From a virus (lineage: Duplodnaviria > Heunggongvirae > Uroviricota > Caudoviricetes), in IMG/VR virus record IMGVR_UViG_2713896785_000021: a stretch of 34,571 bases of DNA. One strand, written 5' to 3'. The translations under genes and the position numbers were made by a program. The notes under the pieces are model-generated. The model ran no database searches, had not been told where the DNA came from, and saw only the letters and a list, made by a program, of their open reading frames with translations. Positions within the stretch are counted from its first letter, which is position 1. The number at the start of each line of letters is the position of its first letter. Positions 28,104 to 34,571 of the stretch are shown one piece after another.

Positions 28104-30416
28104 TTATGTGAAGTTCACACGAGACTCAATACTCCATAAATTCAAAGAGTTAACATCATCATAAAATCGATCATCAATTGGAAATTTGAATGACATATCA
28201 CCATAATTTACTCTCGCTCCTCGAACCAACGCCTCAAGCTCCCATCGCTGAGGCCTGATACCATTCTGAACAAGGTCAACGCGGATACGGGTGATTTGCA
28301 TTCGTTCCGACCTGGTCAGTCTGGCCGACGGTGCTATTTCATGTAGTTTTAACGGGCTTCCGTTTCTTTGCTGACGATTTGGTGTTTTCAGGCCGTGTTT
28401 TAATGCATCCCTGAGCGCCCTCACAACCTCCGGGTCACTCCATTCGATAACACCGTCATCTACCAGATTAAGCACTGCTGCGGCATGTTCAGAAGGTGTG
28501 GGAGCCGGTAACGAAGTATCACTGCTGGCAGGCTTTCCACAGTTATTGACAGGACTCCGAGGCGCGGCGATGCCGCTTTTTAAAGTCAAAGGCTCAAAGA
28601 CCGGCACTTTCGGAACAATGCGCCAGTCCGTCGTTCTGGTGATATGAATATGACGCGCGCCGAGATGCGGCGCGTAAATGCCGACCACTCTCTCGACTTC
28701 TTCCTCATACTCGTTAACGTCATCCGACGGGCTACGGGCGACCCTGACAGTCTGACAATCGCGCGGGACATTTGCCCCACCCTGCGCGCTGATATACAAC
28801 GCAAAATCACCACTGTCTGCGGCGGCGCGTGCAGCCTCGACGCGCTCGTCAAACTCATCAGCAATGCTGACGCCGCGAGGCAATTTGCGTAGTTCACGGT
28901 AAGCCCCCATTGTCGGCAGACCAACCGTTTTAAATTGCGGGATGCGCCACGTTGACGCCCATGCGGTAACAGCCGCGGCAGTGTCTTTCAGCGGTCTGCC
29001 GGTATCATTATCGAGCTGACCATCCAGTGCATATCCGTCGATATTTTTTGAGATGTATTTCGCGATATACCCCGCAGCACCGCCCCGGTTAAGGTGTTTC
29101 GCCTGAAAACGGTTTCGCGCGGCTCCTCTTTCGTCGCCATCCTCTTTGAGCGCGTAGCGACGCATGATTTCAATAATCTGGTTACGCTGGCGTGGATTAC
29201 AAAAAAGCATCATATGCCAGTGCGGCGTTCCGTCGTGGTGTGGCTCGACGACTCGCAAACCGTAGGCCTGTAAATCATTATCCTTGAATGCCGTGCGCAT
29301 CAGGCTCCAGATGCGGCAGAGATAACGCTGAGCATCCTTTGGATTAAATGCCTCATCATTCCAGCCGTGATTTAGCTGGACGGTTTTACTTTCGCCTTTT
29401 CCGACCTGACGTGTCGGGTGATACTTTGACGGCGCGGTCAGCGTGATAAACATCCCCACATCACCCTCTGCGGCGGCGTAACGCTCAATACCGGCAATGG
29501 TGTTCATCAGCTCCATCCGGCGAATTTCAGGATTAGAAATACTGCCCATCACCTTACTGATAAGGTCGATGCGTTCGCCGGTTTCCCTGTTTTCAAGGTC
29601 ACACGATTTAAGAAATTCCAGATTTGCCTGGCGGCGCGCACGCACATCACGAATGGCATGTTTACTGGCATAAGGAGAACGGTCTTTATTGACCTCCCCG
29701 ACAGCAATCAGTAACGCCTCATGCCAGCGCATACGCTGGCCTTTAAGCTGATGAGTCCACCACTCATCGTTAAACAGGCGGGCAATAGCAGAATATGCCT
29801 GCCTCGTGGTCATCTGTCCTTTACGGTATTTTTTCCAGTAGAGAGGGGAAATATTGAAAGCACGTGCAGCGCCAGCAACATGACCATAGAGGTGAGCCTG
29901 CGCCTCATCCGTAAACAGCGATTCTTTCTCGCCATGCGCATCCACCCAGGCATCGCAGAGTTCCTCATACATCATGAAAAGCTGTGATGAGATACGGGCG
30001 GCAAACTTTTTCAGCTCCTTGTCATTCATTCCCGGCAGGCGCGCATAGTGGTCACGCTCTGCCAGAAACAGCAACGACGCGTCGGTGTTCATTTCATGGC
30101 GCTGATTCACACGCTCAATGCGCGGCCATAAACGACGCTGAAAAGTGGATGTGAGGAAATAAAACCCGTGCACCGGGCTTTTATTGCGCCGGATGTAGTC
30201 ATAGCGTGAAGTAAACAGCGAGCGCAAAAAGTAAGGCAGGCGGTTAATCGTGGATAAAACACCTTGCACCTGACGCATCTCGTCACGTGTAAGGGGTCTT
30301 TCGCGCCCGACAGCCTCGCGTGGCGCGTTCCATGCATAAGCACCGGTAAACGCCTTACCGGTGCCTGCAGCAAATGCTGACGGAGGGACAAAACGCCCGG
30401 AGGCTTTAACGGCCAT
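28104..30416 (-). CDS. A: Replication initiation protein gpA (rolling-circle nickase), about 770 aa
   Basis: Start set at MAVKASGRFVPPSAFAAGTG...; long collinear match to P2 gpA as I recall it; the last ~35 codons are AT-rich and differ from what I recall of P2. Confidence 0.88.
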   Translation of the reverse strand: MAVKASGRFVPPSAFAAGTGKAFTGAYAWNAPREAVGRERPLTRDEMRQVQGVLSTINRLPYFLRSLFTSRYDYIRRNKSPVHGFYFLTSTFQRRLWPRIERVNQRHEMNTDASLLFLAERDHYARLPGMNDKELKKFAARISSQLFMMYEELCDAWVDAHGEKESLFTDEAQAHLYGHVAGAARAFNISPLYWKKYRKGQMTTRQAYSAIARLFNDEWWTHQLKGQRMRWHEALLIAVGEVNKDRSPYASKHAIRDVRARRQANLEFLKSCDLENRETGERIDLISKVMGSISNPEIRRMELMNTIAGIERYAAAEGDVGMFITLTAPSKYHPTRQVGKGESKTVQLNHGWNDEAFNPKDAQRYLCRIWSLMRTAFKDNDLQAYGLRVVEPHHDGTPHWHMMLFCNPRQRNQIIEIMRRYALKEDGDERGAARNRFQAKHLNRGGAAGYIAKYISKNIDGYALDGQLDNDTGRPLKDTAAAVTAWASTWRIPQFKTVGLPTMGAYRELRKLPRGVSIADEFDERVEAARAAADSGDFALYISAQGGANVPRDCQTVRVARSPSDDVNEYEEEVERVVGIYAPHLGARHIHITRTTDWRIVPKVPVFEPLTLKSGIAAPRSPVNNCGKPASSDTSLPAPTPSEHAAAVLNLVDDGVIEWSDPEVVRALRDALKHGLKTPNRQQRNGSPLKLHEIAPSARLTRSERMQITRIRVDLVQNGIRPQRWELEALVRGARVNYGDMSFKFPIDDRFYDDVNSLNLWSIESRVNFT

Positions 30417-30681
30417 ATGAGCCAAAAGCCTCTGAACAACGCTTGCTGAGTTGCTCAACCTGCGCGTTTAAATCAGCAAAAGACTTTGCGCTTCCGGTCA
30501 GAATATCGTGATGCATCAGGCCGGAAACGAGCTGGCTTAATTTCGGGTAATAACCAACCACCGCCAGCCATTCCTGACCGGCGTTTTTACCGCTTTCCGC
30601 TCTCTTTTTCTCGTGGAGAATAAACTGGAAGCTGTCACTGGTAACGACATAACGTTCGCCAATTTCAATACGAATACTCAT
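30406..30681 (-). CDS. Small early protein (P2 orf83 position), 91 aa
   Basis: ORF with gene overlaps typical of the P2 early operon; assignment by position. Confidence 0.55.
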   Translation of the reverse strand: MSIRIEIGERYVVTSDSFQFILHEKKRAESGKNAGQEWLAVVGYYPKLSQLVSGLMHHDILTGSAKSFADLNAQVEQLSKRCSEAFGSYGR

Positions 30682-30902
30682 GCCGTTCTCCGGTAATGTT
30701 TGTTTTTTGCTTCAAAGACTGACTGACAGGAAACACAACGCGTGGCTGACGGATAAGCCGCACGACGGGCAGCAGGTATTGGCGCGTCACACTCTTCGCA
30801 AACCAGCGCAGAAGCACCGCAATGTTTTACCCTTGCCGCGTTAATCTGGCGCTCCAGTAATTCAGCCTGTTGTTCCTGAATGAAATCTACGTTGTCCGGC
30901 AT
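30678..30902 (-). CDS. TraR/DksA-family C4 zinc-finger protein (P2 orf82 position), 74 aa
   Basis: CxxC ... CxxC motif (CEECDAPIP...CVSCQ) in a small basic protein. Confidence 0.65.
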   Translation of the reverse strand: MPDNVDFIQEQQAELLERQINAARVKHCGASALVCEECDAPIPAARRAAYPSATRCVSCQSVFEAKNKHYRRTA

Positions 30903-31207
30903 TACCAGTTCCTTTTGTCGTTCAGTTTCTTAAATTCATCAGCGCAATAGCTGGCGAGTTCTGTCGTTAATTTTGTCAGTTCATCCACTGAGGAAATTTG
31001 CTTGTGAAATACAGCGCGTTTCACAAGTAAATTGATCACATCAGACAGGAGGTTTAATTCGCTCTGATAAATCGCGATAACAGATTCAGTTATGTCGCGC
31101 TTTTCTTTATCAAGACCAAGTTGAATAAGAGACAAATCGCCATTTTCCATAACGGCGATTTTTAAGGCGTTATTCAGTAATACAACTGAATGAGAACAGG
31201 ACATCAA
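30902..31207 (-). CDS. Small early protein (P2 orf81 position), 101 aa
   Basis: ORF in operon context; assignment by position. Confidence 0.5.
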
Positions 31208-31461
31208 AGCACCTCCCCACGAGACAATCCGATATTGTGAAATTTTTCCGACTCCTGACTGAGCAGCTCGACTATCTCCACGCGGGATAACTCCGCCTTT
31301 GTGATGTGGCGAATCATGGCGTCAAGATGAGAAGAAAAGCGCGTCGCAGCGTCGGCCTGTGCTTCGGTTCTGGCCTGTTGCAGCAGTAATGCGTATATAC
31401 CGCACTGATTTTCAGAAACTGTATGCATGACTTTCTCCAGGCAAAAAGAAGCCCCGCACAA
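31204..31461 (-). CDS. Small early protein (P2 orf80 position), 85 aa
   Basis: ORF in operon context; assignment by position. Confidence 0.5.
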
Positions 31462-31491
31462 TTAAGTGCGTTAAAAACTCTGGTTAATTAC

Positions 31492-31992
31492 TTAATGCAG
31501 ATATTGCTCTGGTTTTACCGACGTCAGAATTGTCGGTGCATACTCAAACAGACTGAATAATTCACGTAATGCACGGAATAAAGCATCACGCCAGTAACAT
31601 GATTCTTCATTAATTCGCCAGTATGGCTGGTTAAATTCTTTTTCTGTCAGTCGTGCGTGCATAAATAAAGTGCGACGCTGACTGACTGTTAAAAAACTAA
31701 TATATGCATACTCACTTGCGCCAACCTGACGGCGTTTTGAGAATGCCCCACGCAATTCATCAATTGCACATACCAGTCGTTCACGTTCGACGTCGTTCAT
31801 TTCTTCAAAACGCATCGTTGCGTGACGCTGTTTTAACTGCGCATGGAAGCAAACCGTTAGCCGTTCACGTTCCATCATCTGATTATAATAATCGCATGTC
31901 TCCTGCCAGCGAGGGACGGCCAGATGCTTACCAATTATCCGGCGCATAGTTGCTGGCTGTTTTTCAACGAGATTGAGCGTCATCACTGTCAT
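31492..31992 (-). CDS. B: Replication protein gpB (DnaB helicase-loader-like), 166 aa
   Basis: Translation MTVMTLNLVEKQPA...RRIIGKHLAVPRWQ matches P2 gpB; start could also be 31998. Confidence 0.85.
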   Translation of the reverse strand: MTVMTLNLVEKQPATMRRIIGKHLAVPRWQETCDYYNQMMERERLTVCFHAQLKQRHATMRFEEMNDVERERLVCAIDELRGAFSKRRQVGASEYAYISFLTVSQRRTLFMHARLTEKEFNQPYWRINEESCYWRDALFRALRELFSLFEYAPTILTSVKPEQYLH

Positions 31993-32183
31993 TTCCATAC
32001 CCTCCGGCTTTTCAGAAAGGTCAGAGCCTTTTTTAACGGACTCTGTTTTTTGGTGCGGATAATGATTCCCTTACGCCCCTTACCGTGGGTGATGTTGAAG
32101 TCAATCGCCCTGGGGCTTTCGTTACGCAGTAACTGAGCAATACAACGAGGCTCATTCATACGGTTCTCCTTAACGTGGTTCAC
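31989..32183 (-). CDS. Small early protein (P2 orf78 position), 64 aa
   Basis: ORF between cox and B; assignment by position. Confidence 0.5.
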   Translation of the reverse strand: MNHVKENRMNEPRCIAQLLRNESPRAIDFNITHGKGRKGIIIRTKKQSPLKKALTFLKSRRVWK

Positions 32184-32445
32184 CGAGACCTAACCACATC
32201 AACCAGCCGTCACGAATCTCTTTAGGGCGGCTTTCATAAGCCAGTTTTAGTCCGTTATTCCATGCCGGAAGGTATACCCAATATTCACCTGCACGACCTG
32301 AAGCTGATTGTGGATCGGTCATATCAATTACAGGCAGCTTTCCTTTATCGATCATCCGACGAACCGCTCCTGTCGATTTTCCTATTAGTTTTGCGAACTC
32401 CTGATAAGGAATCGCATCAGTCATGAGTGTTACTTGCTTGCTCAT
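32170..32445 (-). CDS. cox: Cox, excisionase and lytic-cycle repressor of Pc, 91 aa
   Basis: Length and position match P2 Cox; GGAGGA Shine-Dalgarno upstream. Confidence 0.85.
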   Translation of the reverse strand: MSKQVTLMTDAIPYQEFAKLIGKSTGAVRRMIDKGKLPVIDMTDPQSASGRAGEYWVYLPAWNNGLKLAYESRPKEIRDGWLMWLGLGEPR

Positions 32446-32559
32446 GTCGTCCTCCAGCCCTCATGAATTGCGTTTAATGCCTTATAATGCCTTTTAGTGC
32501 CCACATCCAAGCACTAAACAATCTACATCTAAACTAAATACTATTGAGATCTAAACACC
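32446..32559. promoter_or_regulatory. Immunity switch region between cox and C: direct repeats TAATGCCTT x2 flanking a perfect TATAAT (about 32474..32493) and CTAAAC repeats
   Basis: Repeats and -10 hexamer seen in sequence; by analogy with the P2 Pe/Pc operator region; individual operators not assigned. Confidence 0.5.
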
Positions 32560-32859
32560 ATGTCAAACACGATAAGCGAGAAGATAGTCTTAATGCGAAA
32601 ATCAGAGTATTTGAGCAGACAACAACTTGCTGATTTAACAGGGGTTCCGTATGGCACGCTGAGTTACTATGAAAGTGGTCGTTCAACACCTCCAACAGAT
32701 GTCATGATGAACATCCTGCAGACCCCACAATTCACCAAATACACTTTATGGTTCATGACCAATCAGATCGCTCCTGAGTCCGGGCAAATTGCGCCCGCTC
32801 TCGCACACTTTGGGCAAAACGAAACAACGTCGCCCCACTCCGGTCAAAAGACTGGTTAA
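32560..32859 (+). CDS. C: Immunity repressor C, 99 aa
   Basis: Length and position match P2 C; small helix-turn-helix-like protein divergent from cox. Confidence 0.85.
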   Translation: MSNTISEKIVLMRKSEYLSRQQLADLTGVPYGTLSYYESGRSTPPTDVMMNILQTPQFTKYTLWFMTNQIAPESGQIAPALAHFGQNETTSPHSGQKTG

Positions 32860-32974
32860 CAATTCATCGTGAATATATTCATCACAAGTGCCTACTATTG
32901 GTGGCTAAATTTCAGCCACCACGAAAAAAGCGATTAGTAGTCGCCAAAAAACACACCACTCGGAGGGTTTTCTG

Positions 32975-33988
32975 ATGGCAATCAAAAAACTCGATGATGG
33001 TCGATATGAAGTGGACATCCGCCCTACTGGACGTAATGGAAAACGCATCCGTAGGAAGTTTGATAAGAAAAGCGAAGCTGTCGCTTTCGAGAAATACACG
33101 TTGTACAACCACCACAATAAAGAATGGCTATCAAAACCAACAGACAAGCGACGTCTGTCGGAGCTGACACAGATCTGGTGGGATTTAAAGGGTAAACACG
33201 AAGAGCATGGGAAATCTAATCTTGGAAAAATTGAAATCTTCACAAAAATAACGAATGACCCATGCGCATTTCAAATTACGAAATCGCTTATCAGCCAGTA
33301 CTGCGCCACCCGAAGAAGTCAGGGTATTAAACCTTCGAGTATCAATCGTGATTTAACATGTATTAGCGGCATGTTTACAGCCCTGATTGAAGCGGAGTTA
33401 TTCTTTGGTGAGCACCCTATCAGAGGGACAAAAAGGCTTAAGGAGGAAAAACCAGACACAGGCTATCTCACGCAGGAAGAAATTGCCTTACTGCTTGCTG
33501 CTCTTGACGGCGACAATAAAAAGATTGCGATTCTTTGCCTGAGTACTGGAGCACGTTGGGGAGAAGCAGCTCGTTTGAAAGCAGAAAATATCATCCATAA
33601 CCGCGTCACGTTTGTTAAAACGAAAACAAACAAACCACGCACCGTCCCGATCTCAGAGGCTGTTGCCAAAATGATCGCGGATAACAAACGAGGTTTTTTA
33701 TTCCCTGATGCTGATTACCCTCGCTTCAGACGAACAATGAAAGCAATAAAACCGGATTTGCCAATGGGGCAAGCCACACATGCACTAAGGCACAGCTTTG
33801 CCACTCATTTCATGATTAATGGAGGAAGTATTATCACGCTACAACGGATACTAGGTCACACGCGGATTGAGCAAACTATGGTTTACGCTCACTTTGCGCC
33901 AGAGTACCTTCAGGACGCCATTTCTCTTAATCCGCTAAGAGGTGGTACTGAGGCCGAGAGTGTCCACACAGTGTCCACAGTAGAGTAA
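32975..33988 (+). CDS. int: Tyrosine integrase Int, 337 aa
   Basis: Translation MAIKKLDDGRYEVDIRPTG... matches P2 Int; C-terminal catalytic residues in HxLRHSFATH and VYAHF context. Confidence 0.92.
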   Translation: MAIKKLDDGRYEVDIRPTGRNGKRIRRKFDKKSEAVAFEKYTLYNHHNKEWLSKPTDKRRLSELTQIWWDLKGKHEEHGKSNLGKIEIFTKITNDPCAFQITKSLISQYCATRRSQGIKPSSINRDLTCISGMFTALIEAELFFGEHPIRGTKRLKEEKPDTGYLTQEEIALLLAALDGDNKKIAILCLSTGARWGEAARLKAENIIHNRVTFVKTKTNKPRTVPISEAVAKMIADNKRGFLFPDADYPRFRRTMKAIKPDLPMGQATHALRHSFATHFMINGGSIITLQRILGHTRIEQTMVYAHFAPEYLQDAISLNPLRGGTEAESVHTVSTVE

Positions 33989-34067
33989 CGTTTAAGGGCT
34001 TTCAGTGGTAATTTATGCCGCTCAAACCCGCATTGTACCGTTGAAAGCCCCTACTGGTGACACCCTA

Positions 34068-34094
34068 AATCTCCCTTACACGGGCTTATTTTTT
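34068..34094. repeat. Prophage att core copy on the int side (27 bp, identical to 1507..1533)
   Basis: Exact 27-bp direct repeat located 80 bp downstream of the int stop. Confidence 0.85.
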
Positions 34095-34253
34095 TATGCA
34101 TAAGCCCTATCTCTGGTAACCGTCTTCCATTGACCACATCGATAGAATCCTCCTTCATAGCACGATGCCTTTCACTTATCGGCATCGTGCTCCCACAGGT
34201 TCCGGCTACGCACAGCCAGAACGCGCATATTTGACGCTTACCAAAAAATATTC

Positions 34254-34571
34254 TCACTCTCCACATTTGAATGTCAGACGAGCGACGCCATGTAATCCTG
34301 CACCTTCTGTCTTCAGGTCAACTATCTGCATTTTTTTGCCCTGAGTAACACAGAAATGGGCTGCATCATTTTTTACTATATTTTCTGCACCAGATATTCT
34401 GCTCCTGGCTAAAGAAGCTTCGGCTTCGGTGTAGTATTGGTTATCGAGTTTACGCTGAATATTACTTTTATATGCAAGACCAAATTTACCGATACTTGTC
34501 TCATCATTATGCACAGCACAACCAGACATAATAAAAATACTAATTAATGATATAGCAGCTATCTTTTTCAT
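34254..34571 (-). CDS. yegR: Host lipoprotein YegR, 105 aa, start codon at the last bases of the window
   Basis: Signal peptide with lipobox (IMSGC); AT-rich; synteny yegQ-cyaR-[prophage]-yegR as at the E. coli K-12 locus that carries the ogrK/yegZ P2 remnant. Confidence 0.7.
   Translation of the reverse strand: MKKIAAISLISIFIMSGCAVHNDETSIGKFGLAYKSNIQRKLDNQYYTEAEASLARSRISGAENIVKNDAAHFCVTQGKKMQIVDLKTEGAGLHGVARLTFKCGE

Larger units (their letters stand above)
1507..34094 (-). mobile_element. Complete P2-like (Peduovirus-type) prophage integrated at the cyaR 3' end, about 32.6 kb, reverse orientation in this window
   Basis: Full collinear P2 gene set from ogr to int, intact cos, flanking 27-bp direct repeats identical to the P2 att core as I recall it. 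Confidence 0.92.

Noticed and set aside
28586-29987. Small ORFs on both strands within gene A
   Set aside because: Alternative frames inside the well-supported replication gene.
32905-33243. 112-aa and 67-aa minus-strand ORFs overlapping the start of int
   Set aside because: Antisense to the integrase N-terminus; no start context.
34051-34266. 71-aa minus-strand ORF between the att core and yegR
   Set aside because: Overlaps the attachment-site arm and the yegR 3' end; no ribosome-binding site; likely non-coding.

Overview
Host yegQ(rlhA) and the sRNA gene cyaR (1..1533) are followed by a complete ~32.6 kb P2-like prophage (1507..34094) and the host lipoprotein gene yegR at the right edge. 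The prophage sits at the cyaR 3' end (P2 locI-type site), flanked by a perfect 27-bp core direct repeat, and has an intact cos site. Gene order is the full P2 set in reverse orientation: ogr-D-U-T-E/E'-FII-FI-[cargo]-G-H-I-J-W-V-[cargo]-S-R-lysCBA-K-Y-X-L-M-N-O / P-Q-cos-[cargo]-A-orf83..80-B-orf78-cox / C-int. All calls rest on reading the translations and on my recollection of P2 protein sequences and lengths; no searches were run. The main interest is that all three variable loci of P2-like phages carry AT-rich cargo. The old/tin position holds a two-gene SIR2-HerA type anti-phage module. The Z/fun position holds a 197-aa membrane-anchored protein with no recognisable domain. The orf30 position between V and S holds an antisense 261-aa three-helix membrane protein with no recognisable domain. 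The two single-gene cargos are the best candidates for undescribed defence or exclusion functions. Tail fiber gene H contains ~120-bp tandem repeats interrupted by a 50-N assembly gap.
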